Positions 1 through 8,196 of a stretch of 64,000 nucleotides of DNA are shown here, piece after piece. Each line of letters begins with the position of its first letter. Position 1 is the first letter of the stretch. The DNA lies in assembly GCA_965262485.1 (NCBI GenBank), contig OZ253540.1:2452711-2516710 (forward strand). The letters run 5' to 3'. The position numbers and the translations under genes were made by a program. The DNA comes from Dehalococcoidia bacterium. Its GTDB lineage: Bacteria; Chloroflexota; Dehalococcoidia; Lucifugimonadales; UBA3495. The notes below the pieces were generated by a model, which worked only from the letters and a program-made list of their open reading frames with translations, was not told the DNA's origin and ran no database searches.

Positions 1-41
1 GTTCAAACCCGCCCCTGCTCTGTCACGGTGATGCCGGAAAG

Positions 42-605
42 TTAGCCGCCGGTGATAATGGCCACTACCTCTGATGCGAGTCCCTCGGCGCGTTCTCGGA
101 GGGATGGCCGATCCAGGTTCTCGATGGGATGCGCCGTGAAAATGGTGGGGTAATCTTCCGCTCCCCACATTCTGGCCATGGCGTTGGCAGTTGGGATGAA
201 CCGATCGGTGCAAATCGTGGCGGATGGGAGGCCGGCCTTTTCAACATGAATTCCGTCGTGCACACTGCACGCACTGCAACTTCCTCAATCGCCGATGGCT
301 ACCACCACCGAGTCGACGTTGGCCACCAGTTCCTGCAATTCCTGCGGGTCGGCGGGGCGTGATGCACTGGGCTTGCGGAGCCAGCGTACCTCGCGGATTT
401 CGTAACGGTTCCGCAGCACTTCAGCCAGCTCTTCCAGCAGAACGTCGGCATTGCGCTTGCTATCGTCAATCAAACCCAATCGGGTCCCGGCCAGCGAGGG
501 CAGACGCGGTGCGCCATCAAACGGCGCGATGATGGGCTCGGTGGTCGGATTGACCAGGGTATAGTTCTGAGTTGCCATGTTCACCCCTCTACAAATAAGA
601 GTCAT
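42..605 (-). CDS. UGSC-family selenoprotein (187 aa) with in-frame TGA = selenocysteine at 285-287; the ORF track splits it into 285..605 and 42..263
   Basis: The two minus-strand ORFs share one frame (564 nt). They are joined by GAT TGA GGA AGT TGC = D-U-G-S-C, the signature motif of UGSC-family (seleno)proteins. The total length fits that family. A hairpin lies 13 nt 3' of the UGA. Confidence 0.8.
257..271 (-). promoter_or_regulatory. Candidate SECIS hairpin downstream of the UGA codon
   Basis: Perfect 6-bp stem with 3-nt loop (CGUGCA-GUG-UGCACG) on the mRNA strand, starting 13 nt after the UGA. The position is right for a bacterial SECIS. Not validated against a model. Confidence 0.4.
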
Positions 606-660
606 TGGCGCTGTTATATCAGGTTAGGTGCGCGATTGCCAGAGACGGAGCGCCCCTTCG

Positions 661-835
661 CAGGGCTATCGCATATGGACCAATTAACCACCGTCATTCC
701 CGCGAAAGCGGGAATCCAGTGACCGATGCCGGTAGATTCGCCGCGAAAATCCAGCAGATTACAAGCTCTGGACTCCGGCCCCGTATCTAGTACGGGGTGA
801 CGTTCTTTCGCCGGAGTGACAGGGAAGTTTGGTAC
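661..835. repeat. Decayed solo-end copy of the ISAs1-type MITE plus a nested hairpin repeat
   Basis: The first ~56 nt (CAGGGCTATCGCATATGGACCAATTAACCACCGTCATTCCCGCGAAAGCGGGAATC) equal the reverse complement of the right end of the MITE at 50018..50181. The copy then diverges and carries a CCCCGTATCTAGTACGGGG hairpin. No second terminal repeat is present. Confidence 0.6.
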
Positions 836-846
836 GGCGGGAGATG

Positions 847-1911
847 TCAGGACACACGCACCGCTTTGGTTACGGCGGTTGAGCCCACTTTCGGCCCCCA
901 ACTGGGTATCACCGACGACATGTTGGATTCCTCGCCGCCGGCGAACACCACCAGAATGTCTTCCGGCTCCGGGATCAATGAGATCATCGTTGCTTCGTCG
1001 CCCGGTTCCACGTCGCCGCGCAGCACCTCACCGCGTTTGAGATCGGCTACGGATCGCTGGACGTTGGCGTGCAGGTACGCTCGGATGTCCGCTTTGGTCC
1101 AGTTCTGCCACAACCTGCTGTTGCCGGCGAAGGTAACGACGATCTGGCCTTGCCTGATGCCAACCGACAGGTCGCCCACCGATCCGGACGTGGACATCGA
1201 AGTGCCCAGCGACGAGGCCACGTCGGCCAGCGCGTACAGGATGGCTTCGGGCCGGCCTACGGAGCGGGTCTGGCGGGGACTTTCCCCGGCGAACACCGTA
1301 ACCGTACTGTCCGACGCATCGAAGCCCCGGTCGACATGCAGGGGCGTCCAATGGGTTTCACTCTCGGCCTCGGCGATGCAGTACGTATATTTGCCCGGAT
1401 GGCCGATCACGCTGCGGTCGAACAGGCCGGGAATCGCGGCGCAGGCATTCATCAGTATCAACCGCACCGCCCGCCCGATAGTACCGTTGGCCCGATTCCC
1501 AGGGCCGAACAGGTTGTTGCGGCTGTTGAGCCCGATTTGCTGCACTATCGGCCCGTTGACGATGCACAATACCGCTGCGCCGCCCATGCTCGATGACGGG
1601 CCAACCAGGTTGAAAACCGGATCGAGCATTGCTTCTGCGGCGGTGAGGACCACGGGGAAATACTCGGGTAAACAACCTGCCATCACCGCGTTCGCCGCCG
1701 CTTTTTCTACGGTGATGATCCGGCGGCGTTCCGGCAGTTCTCCCACCACGTCATCCGGGGCGCGCCCGGCGTAGCCAATGAATTCTGCGACCCGTTCGGC
1801 CGTGGGCGGTATCACGGGCAGCCCGTCGGTCCAGCCCAGCTCGTAGCACCGCTCTACCGCGCCGAAAATATCATCCCAACTGGCGGGGGTTGTTTCACTG
1901 AATGTCGTCAA
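847..1911 (-). CDS. Conserved-looking hypothetical protein (354 aa), family not recognised
   Basis: Long uninterrupted ORF upstream of and co-oriented with the UGSC gene. N-terminal motif GWTDGLPVIPPT. No domain I can name. Confidence 0.7.
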   Translation of the reverse strand: MTTFSETTPASWDDIFGAVERCYELGWTDGLPVIPPTAERVAEFIGYAGRAPDDVVGELPERRRIITVEKAAANAVMAGCLPEYFPVVLTAAEAMLDPVFNLVGPSSSMGGAAVLCIVNGPIVQQIGLNSRNNLFGPGNRANGTIGRAVRLILMNACAAIPGLFDRSVIGHPGKYTYCIAEAESETHWTPLHVDRGFDASDSTVTVFAGESPRQTRSVGRPEAILYALADVASSLGTSMSTSGSVGDLSVGIRQGQIVVTFAGNSRLWQNWTKADIRAYLHANVQRSVADLKRGEVLRGDVEPGDEATMISLIPEPEDILVVFAGGEESNMSSVIPSWGPKVGSTAVTKAVRVS

Positions 1912-1969
1912 TTCGGTCGCCTCGACATTTTTACATGTATGGACAGGATAAACAGGATTCAGGCGGGCT

Positions 1970-2635
1970 TTAGCATTGGCTGCTATCGCTAAAGTGGGGC
2001 AGTTCGTAATGAATCAGCGTTACGCCAAGTTCATCTGCCCGGCTGGCCAATGCCGCAGACCAGGGATAGTGCGCTACACAAAAAGGTCTGGCGGTTCTGC
2101 CGGTGAGCTCCTGTAACAGAGCGGCGCGCTGCTGGGCGTTACGAACATCCTGCTCGTTGATGGATATGGAAACCTCGACGACGGCCAGAATCTCCGGCCC
2201 GCCGCCGATGGGAACGCCTTGGGCAATGATGTCAATGACACTGCCTTGGTCAAACTGGCCTCGGGTGAGCCGGCCGTTTTGTCGCGCCGTTACCAGCAGT
2301 TCGTCAATGCGGGAGCGGTCGGCCTGGATGACGTTCGAGAGGTGTTCTACCATCACCATCTTGATGCGCCGGGCGCATTCCCGCTCGTAGGATTCGCCGC
2401 GTAGATTGCCCACCTGCCCTTGCAATGTGTTGACGCTAGCCTGCATCCCGTCCATGCTAGCCTGCATCCCGTCCATGCCAGACTGCATCGTCTCGATGCT
2501 GGCCTGCATCCCGTCTATTCGGTCCGGTATCTCGAGGAACCTTTGTGGGAGGAGGGTGTGCAGGAGGATTTCCTGCGCCTGTGGGATGGTTCGGATTTCG
2601 CCGACGAGTTGCCGCACCAGCGAACCCGGCGGCAA
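1970..2635 (-). CDS. Hypothetical protein with heptad (MDGMQAS-type) coiled coil and a possible PD-(D/E)XK-like C-terminal domain
   Basis: The track ORF is 1970..2737, but its first ~30 codons overlap the upstream 71-aa ORF. GGAGGAG lies 6 nt before TTG at 2635. There are six 7-residue repeats (IDGMQAS/IETMQSG/MDGMQAS/MDGMQAS/VNTLQGQ/VGNLRGE). The C-terminal ...IDIIA...LAVVEVSISINEQDV... resembles nuclease-fold cores. Confidence 0.55.
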   Translation of the reverse strand: MPPGSLVRQLVGEIRTIPQAQEILLHTLLPQRFLEIPDRIDGMQASIETMQSGMDGMQASMDGMQASVNTLQGQVGNLRGESYERECARRIKMVMVEHLSNVIQADRSRIDELLVTARQNGRLTRGQFDQGSVIDIIAQGVPIGGGPEILAVVEVSISINEQDVRNAQQRAALLQELTGRTARPFCVAHYPWSAALASRADELGVTLIHYELPHFSDSSQC

Positions 2636-2651
2636 TAGGCTCTCCTCCGGA

Positions 2652-2867
2652 CTAGTAACCACGGTAAATCTCCTCGTCCGTTTTGCCGGCGGCGCGCTGT
2701 CGGGCGATAAAAGCGGCGAAGTCGCCCTCATCTCCAAGAGTACGGACCACGGCCCGCTTTACCTCCGGGCCGGCCTGCTCCAGCCGTTCCAGGATGTCCA
2801 TGGCGATAGCCATTGCCTCCTGCTCGGTCACATTCAAGTCTGTCGGTTCGGTCTGTTCTGCTGCCAT
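2652..2867 (-). CDS. Small acidic hypothetical protein (71 aa)
   Basis: ATG-started ORF ending 14 nt before the SD/TTG of the next gene (operon-like). No recognisable domain. Confidence 0.5.
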   Translation of the reverse strand: MAAEQTEPTDLNVTEQEAMAIAMDILERLEQAGPEVKRAVVRTLGDEGDFAAFIARQRAAGKTDEEIYRGY

Positions 2868-2961
2868 TGGGCGCCTGCCGCTGCTGATTACTGGTTATGG
2901 ATTACAGTCAGTTTAGCATTTTCCCAAGCCGGCCGTTTCAGCGGCAATGCTCATTCAATCG

Positions 2962-2989
2962 GTAGGGGCGACTCATGAGTCGCCCCTAC
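2962..2989 (-). terminator. 28-nt perfect palindrome (GTAGGGGCGACTCA|TGAGTCGCCCCTAC) just 3' of the NHL-repeat gene
   Basis: Perfect 14+14 inverted repeat about 25 nt after the stop at 3015. There is no clear U-run, so terminator function is uncertain. Confidence 0.3.
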
Positions 2990-3014
2990 GGTTTACCAGC
3001 TTTTGGCGCCGGCG

Positions 3015-3962
3015 TTATGCGCGCGCGTACTTGGAGAAGCTGCGGAGTTCCCGCGGCGGGTCCATGTGGCTGCCCCGAATGGTGTATGACACCTCGGACA
3101 CGTAGATTGCGCCAGTGCTGTCGACGGCGATGCCGTGGGGAGCGATAAACTCTCCGGCCCCTTCACCCTCGTCCGGCGAACCAAATACGCAGATCCGGTT
3201 TCCGTCCCGGTCGTACACGGTCACGCGGTGGCCCAGACCCGGCGCGTCATCGACGCCGCCCATGCCGTTGAGTTCGCCCACGTAGATGTTGCCGTTCCAG
3301 TAAACCATTGCGTCGGGCCGGTGGATGTTGCTCCACATGGTCAGGTAGTTGCCTTCGGTGTCGAACAGCTGGATGCGGTGGCACTCACGGTCAACGACAT
3401 AGACCCGCTCATCTTCATCAAACGCGATGTTGTGAGGACGAATGAATTGTCCGGCGTCTATCCCTGGTTCGCCCCAGGAGAATTTGTACCCTCCCTCAGC
3501 CGTGTACACGTGAATCCGCGAGTTGCCATAGCCATCGGAGACGTAGATGTCGCCGTTGCTGGGGCGGATGGCCGCCGACGTGGGCCGGTTGAACGGCTGG
3601 CCACTCCAGCGGGGGGCGGGATGGTTCTTCTCGCCGATTTCCATCAGCTTCTCGCCGGTTACGCTGAACTTCTGGATGGTATGGATTCCATCGTCAGCGA
3701 TCAGCAGGGAATCGTCGGCTGCGCTGTAGTAGAGACCGTGGGTGCGGTTGTCGCTGAAATGGCCTTCCCCAAACGTGCGCAGGAAGTTGCCATCCTTGTC
3801 AAACACCATGATCGGGTGCTCGCCACGGGTCAGGATGAATACGCGGTCTTCGCCGTCAACGGCGACGCCGGGGCACTCCAGAAGCCGCATCCCGTCGGGT
3901 ATCTTGAGCCAGTTGTCAACGAACGTGTACTGAAAATCGCCTTGGCCGTAGGTGTCAGGCAT
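3015..3962 (-). CDS. NHL-repeat beta-propeller protein (peptidyl-alpha-hydroxyglycine lyase-like)
   Basis: Repeated ...P.G(I/V)AVD..G.IYV.D..N.RI..F motifs across 315 aa. SD GGAGGAA precedes the ATG. Confidence 0.8.
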   Translation of the reverse strand: MPDTYGQGDFQYTFVDNWLKIPDGMRLLECPGVAVDGEDRVFILTRGEHPIMVFDKDGNFLRTFGEGHFSDNRTHGLYYSAADDSLLIADDGIHTIQKFSVTGEKLMEIGEKNHPAPRWSGQPFNRPTSAAIRPSNGDIYVSDGYGNSRIHVYTAEGGYKFSWGEPGIDAGQFIRPHNIAFDEDERVYVVDRECHRIQLFDTEGNYLTMWSNIHRPDAMVYWNGNIYVGELNGMGGVDDAPGLGHRVTVYDRDGNRICVFGSPDEGEGAGEFIAPHGIAVDSTGAIYVSEVSYTIRGSHMDPPRELRSFSKYARA

Positions 3963-4030
3963 AGTTTCCTCCTTGTCGGTGCTTCAGGTTATAAGTGATC
4001 GTCATGTTGGTTACTCAATACAGGATTATA

Positions 4031-4807
4031 CTACTGGGCAATGCAGCCCCCGTCGATAACCAATTCGGCTCCGGTTACGAACGATGCCTCGTCGGAGGCA
4101 AGATACAACACCCCGTAGGCCACCTCAATGGGATGGGCCCGGCGACCCAGTGGTATCAGCGCCAGCCGCTGGGCCGCCACTTCAGGGTCGTCGTAGGTTG
4201 CCGAACTCATGGGGGTAATTATGGGGCCAGGATGCACCGAGTTGGCCCGGATACCCTCGGCGGCATACTGAATGGCGGTCGCCTTGGTGAACAGACGTAC
4301 CGCTCCCTTGGAAGCATTGTAGGGGTGCGAGCGAGACCATGCTCCCGTCATGCCGGCGATTGACGAGATATTCACGATGGATCCACCGCCGGCCCGGCGC
4401 ATCGCGGGTATCGCCGTTTTGGTACCCAGGAAAACGCCCTTGGAGTTGACGTCCATTACACGATCCCAGTCGGCTTCGCTGGTGTCTTCCAGCGCGATGT
4501 TCCCGGCTCCTCCGCCGACCGAGATGCTGATGCCAGCGTTGTTCACCAGCGCATCCAGCCGTCCGTATCGCGCTTCCGCCAGCGCCACAATCGCCTGCCA
4601 GTCAGACTCGCTGGTAACGTCCAGGTGGGCGTAGGCGCAGTCGTGGCCGGCGGCCCGTTGTTCCGCTTCCACCTGTCGGCCCAGGTCGTCCAGGATGTCG
4701 CCGAATACCACCTTTGCACCTTCCCGGGCAAACAGGCCCACCTCTTCTGCGCCCATACCTCGAGCGCCCCCGCTTATCAAAACTACCTTTCCATCAACTC
4801 GGCCCAT
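4031..4807 (-). CDS. SDR-family oxidoreductase (3-alpha/20-beta-hydroxysteroid dehydrogenase-like)
   Basis: N-terminal GKVVLISGGARGMG Rossmann motif, NNAG, and the S...YxxxK (YNASK) catalytic motif. Confidence 0.9.
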   Translation of the reverse strand: MGRVDGKVVLISGGARGMGAEEVGLFAREGAKVVFGDILDDLGRQVEAEQRAAGHDCAYAHLDVTSESDWQAIVALAEARYGRLDALVNNAGISISVGGGAGNIALEDTSEADWDRVMDVNSKGVFLGTKTAIPAMRRAGGGSIVNISSIAGMTGAWSRSHPYNASKGAVRLFTKATAIQYAAEGIRANSVHPGPIITPMSSATYDDPEVAAQRLALIPLGRRAHPIEVAYGVLYLASDEASFVTGAELVIDGGCIAQ

Positions 4808-4835
4808 GGTGTTTCGCTCCTATTCTGCCAGCAAT

Positions 4836-5189
4836 TCAGTTTGGCGGCAGGTTTTCGCCGATAATGGTTTGCAATTGCTGAACCAATGGCGGCAGGTGTT
4901 CCTGGATGATACGCCACAACTCATCGAAATCGACCGTATCGTAGTCGTGGATCAGAACGTTTCGCAGATCGGTGGTGTCCTGCCAGGGAACCTCCGGGTA
5001 GCGGGAACGAAATTCTGGCGGCACGCGGCGAGCAGCCTCACCCAAAACTTCCATCAGCCTGGTGAGGGCGAGTTCAAACATCCGGTCCAAGTCGAGATCC
5101 GCGCGCGACCGGTCTTGCGCCAACTCCATGGCTTCTTTGCCGTGATCTCGCATTTGCTGGACAGCGACCATGGGGTCACGACGCGACAT
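4836..5189 (-). CDS. hepT: HepT-like (DUF86) RNase toxin
   Basis: 117 aa with the Rx4HxY motif (RNVLIHDY). Overlaps the upstream nucleotidyltransferase gene by 14 nt. Confidence 0.85.
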   Translation of the reverse strand: MSRRDPMVAVQQMRDHGKEAMELAQDRSRADLDLDRMFELALTRLMEVLGEAARRVPPEFRSRYPEVPWQDTTDLRNVLIHDYDTVDFDELWRIIQEHLPPLVQQLQTIIGENLPPN

Positions 5190-5484
5190 ATATCTCCTCC
5201 GCTTCGTCCAACACTTCCTGTCGGAAGTAGGGACTCAGGGACGCCGCGGTGTGCATATCCACTTCGCGGCCTAGCAACGCGGTCAATTCTCGCCGCATCT
5301 GGAAGAACACGAACCCTGCCGCATAGCCCGGTTCAAACTCCACCAGCACATCAATGTCGCTTTGCGGCGTGAAATCGTCGCGAATGACGGAGCCGAACAA
5401 GGCCAGCCTTCTGACATAGTTCCGGAGGCAGAATTCGGCTATGGCGTCACCGGGAATTTCGATGCGGGCGGTCATCAGGCTCAC
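5176..5484 (-). CDS. mntA: MntA-like minimal nucleotidyltransferase antitoxin
   Basis: 102 aa with LFGS..R......SD(I)D(V)LV, the Pol-beta-type NTase motif. Directly upstream of hepT. Confidence 0.85.
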   Translation of the reverse strand: MSLMTARIEIPGDAIAEFCLRNYVRRLALFGSVIRDDFTPQSDIDVLVEFEPGYAAGFVFFQMRRELTALLGREVDMHTAASLSPYFRQEVLDEAEEIYVAS

Positions 5485-5861
5485 GTCGCGCTGTTATCGT
5501 CCTGGAACATGCCCACCACGTTGCCCTCGGTGTCCCGGAAGTTGGCAAAGTACCCAATGCCCGGTATGGGAGTACGGGGAGTGACGATTTCGCACCCGGC
5601 GGCGGTTACTTTGCCGATGTAAGCGTCCAGGTCGTCCACAGCCAGAACGACGAGTGTGCCGCCCCGGTTCAGGGCCGCGGCCCGTTCGATCAACGCCCCG
5701 CCGATCCCGTATGGTTCGTCGTCGCCACCGGTCTGCTGCAGGTAATATTCCTCAGGCCCGCTTTCAAATTTGCTGGATTCCCAGCCGAATACGTCGGCGT
5801 AGAATTTGTTGGCGCGCGCGGCATCATCAAAAGGCAACTCAAAGTGAACAACCTTAGGCAT
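5481..5861 (-). CDS. VOC/glyoxalase-family protein
   Basis: MPKVVHFELPFDD...FYADVFGW...GYFANFRDTEGNVVG is typical of the VOC fold. The start is moved to the ATG at 5861, which is preceded by GGAGGA. Confidence 0.8.
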   Translation of the reverse strand: MPKVVHFELPFDDAARANKFYADVFGWESSKFESGPEEYYLQQTGGDDEPYGIGGALIERAAALNRGGTLVVLAVDDLDAYIGKVTAAGCEIVTPRTPIPGIGYFANFRDTEGNVVGMFQDDNSAT

Positions 5862-5915
5862 AATTCCTCCGATAGGTAGTGTAGCAATCAGGCAAAGGTG
5901 GCTCACCGGACGTTT

Positions 5916-6356
5916 TCACGACAACATTTCCCACTCTTCCACCAGTATGGCGTATAACATTGTATCCCACCATTGGCCCTTGAAGTGTTGGTTTTGACGC
6001 AGGCGTCCCTCCTGGCGGAACCCCAGCCGTTCCAGTACGCGGGCCGATGCAGTGTTTTCGGCGATGCACCACGAGGAAATGCGGCGCAGACCCAATTCCC
6101 GGAACCCAAAATCGACCATCCCCCCCGCCGCCTCGGTAGCATACCCCTGCCCCCAGCAATCAGGAGCCAATTCATAACCGATGTCGGCTTCTCAGTCATT
6201 ATCCGGTTTGCGGCGTATCCCGCAATTGCCAATCAGCCGGTCATCCTGCCGACGGGCGATAACCAGCTGGAAGCGGCGCCGAGGTTGTTCTCGTTGCTGA
6301 TCCAGGAACATGGCTACGAACGCCTGCGCATCAGACGGCGTGCGGTGGCTCCAGGG
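5916..6356 (-). pseudogene. GNAT (RimJ/RimL-like) N-acetyltransferase remnant with in-frame TGA (6193-6195) and no usable start
   Basis: Reading 6356->5916 gives PWSHRTPSDAQAFVAMF...[38 protein letters not shown]...RVLERLGFRQEG. The first ~10 residues of a normal GNAT are missing. The frame starts immediately after the TGA stop of the GMC gene. Confidence 0.6.
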
Positions 6357-7952
6357 TCAGGAGATGGCGGACGATCCTTCACCGGAGAGGTAGTCGGCAG
6401 TCCGCAGCGCCAGCGCCTGAATGGTCGTGGTCGGATTTATGCAGGCTCCCGTGGTGAAAATGCTCCCGTCGATGATGAACAGGTTGGGCACATCGTGGGC
6501 CCGACCCCACCGGTCGACCACCGAGGTATCGGGGTTGGCTCCCATCCGCGCAGTTCCCAGCAGATGCCAGCCAGCGTTGCGCCGCAACTTTGACGCGATG
6601 ACGCGCTTGGCGCCGGCGGCCTCCAGCGCCTCGGTAGCGCGGGCGATGCCGTGGTCAAGAATGGCCCACGTATTATCGCTCACCGTGTAGTCGATCTTGG
6701 GAGCGGGGATGCCGTGGCTGTCGGTCAATTGAGGGTCCAGCGTAACCCGATTGTGTTGCTCGGGCAGGTCTTCGGCCATAACCACGATGCCCATCTGGCG
6801 GTGGAAGCGTTCCGCGAAATCGCGATGGTGCGCGTCGCCCCACGCCACGGTCTCGCCAACCAGTCCGCCCAGGGCGATTTGCAGGGGAGCGCCGCCGACG
6901 TTGGAAACCTGCAAATCGTACCCCCGCACGAACCCGCGCCGCACGTCGGTTTCGTAGAATTCCTGGCTCAGCATCGACGAACCCCGGGGGCCCTCGTCGG
7001 ATCCCATATCCTCGTCAAACAGCCCCAGAACATATCCACACGGATGGTGCATCAGGTTGCGGCCCACCTGTCCGCTACTGTTGGCCAGACCATCGGGGAA
7101 CAGCGCGCTGCGCGAGTTGAGCAGCAACCGCGACGTGCCGATGCCGTTGCACGCCAGCGCCACCACGTTGGCGTATTGCGCCTGCAGGTCACCGTTGCGG
7201 TCGTAGTACGAAGCGCCGGTGGCTCGCCCGGATGCGTCCACCAGAATCTCGCGGACACGCGCGTGGGTGATCAGGCGGGCGCCCTGTTTCAGGGCTTGCG
7301 GCCAGAAGATTATGTCGCTTCCCGAAGGGGAACGCAGGTATTCGCCGACGTCGGGTTGCCGACCATCCCACGCAGCGGAGTGCACGGCGTTGTCCGATGA
7401 CCACCAGTGCCACCCCAACTTGTTGAAAGCCTGCCCCAGCAGTTCACCACCCCGTCCGATGGGGAGGGGAGGCGTGGGTCGCACCGGTTTCGGCGGATAC
7501 GCCGGGTCGCCCTGCAAACCGCTCACGCCGTGCATCCGGTCATTCAGATCGTAATAGGGTTCCAGCTCAAAGTAGTCCATCGGCCAGTCATCGGCCACGC
7601 CGTCCAGCGACTGCAGGCGAAAGTCGGAAGGATGGAAGCGGGGGAAGTGAGAACCCCAGTGAATCGTGCTGCCACCCACCGCGTTGTACATATACGGAGC
7701 GATGGGAGTGTCATCCTCGTTGACCGGGTAATCTTCGGGCAGCCCGCGGAAGTTGGGATTTGGATGGAAGTCAGTCTGCCAATGCAACTGAGCCTGGGGG
7801 TCGCTCACCGGGAACGCGTTCTGTGGAACCCAACCGCCCTGCTCCAGGCAAACGACCTTTACCCCCGCCTGCGTAAGGCTCCAGGTGAACGCCGCGCCGG
7901 ACGCGCCGGCCCCGATTACCAAAACGTCTGCTACTGCCTGCTTGCTGCCCAT
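6357..7952 (-). CDS. GMC-family FAD-dependent oxidoreductase
   Basis: N-terminal DVLVIGAGASGA FAD motif, 531 aa, and a C-terminal GMC signature region (GT.RMG......VVD..G..H...NL...D.S.F). Confidence 0.9.
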   Translation of the reverse strand: MGSKQAVADVLVIGAGASGAAFTWSLTQAGVKVVCLEQGGWVPQNAFPVSDPQAQLHWQTDFHPNPNFRGLPEDYPVNEDDTPIAPYMYNAVGGSTIHWGSHFPRFHPSDFRLQSLDGVADDWPMDYFELEPYYDLNDRMHGVSGLQGDPAYPPKPVRPTPPLPIGRGGELLGQAFNKLGWHWWSSDNAVHSAAWDGRQPDVGEYLRSPSGSDIIFWPQALKQGARLITHARVREILVDASGRATGASYYDRNGDLQAQYANVVALACNGIGTSRLLLNSRSALFPDGLANSSGQVGRNLMHHPCGYVLGLFDEDMGSDEGPRGSSMLSQEFYETDVRRGFVRGYDLQVSNVGGAPLQIALGGLVGETVAWGDAHHRDFAERFHRQMGIVVMAEDLPEQHNRVTLDPQLTDSHGIPAPKIDYTVSDNTWAILDHGIARATEALEAAGAKRVIASKLRRNAGWHLLGTARMGANPDTSVVDRWGRAHDVPNLFIIDGSIFTTGACINPTTTIQALALRTADYLSGEGSSAIS

Positions 7953-8021
7953 GTGATTTGCTCCTGATTCTTGTTGATGACTAACTTGGTGAGAATATCA
8001 AACGGCGAAAGCCATTATGTA

Positions 8022-8196
8022 GAGCCTGTTGACAATTAGCAAACCAGCCCGTCGCTCCTGCGAAAGAACGTCACCCCGTACTTGATACGGGGCAGGAGTC
8101 CAGAGAGGGTCAGATGAAAGAATCAGAACCGTGATTAACGACTTCGGCCACTGGATTCCCGCTTTCGCGGGAATGACGGTATTTGTCAACACACCG
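8022..8196. mobile_element. TA-flanked MITE (175 bp) carrying the GTCATTCCCGCGAAAGCGGGAATCC hairpin module
   Basis: Ends are GAGCCTGTTGACAATT... and ...AAATACCGTC/TTGTCAACACACCG (imperfect TIR). TA dinucleotides sit at 8020-8021 and 8197-8198. Related copies lie at 26226 and 49418. Confidence 0.6.

Noticed and set aside
6193-6195. The in-frame TGA in the GNAT gene as a second selenocysteine codon.
   Set aside because: The position is not a conserved Cys in GNATs. The gene also lacks a start codon and N-terminal residues. No convincing hairpin follows the codon. A pseudogene is more parsimonious.
6354-6359. Read-through fusion of the GMC oxidoreductase with the in-frame downstream GNAT segment.
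   Set aside because: The GMC protein ends at a normal position for the family. The downstream GNAT is itself interrupted and truncated. The shared frame is most likely coincidental.
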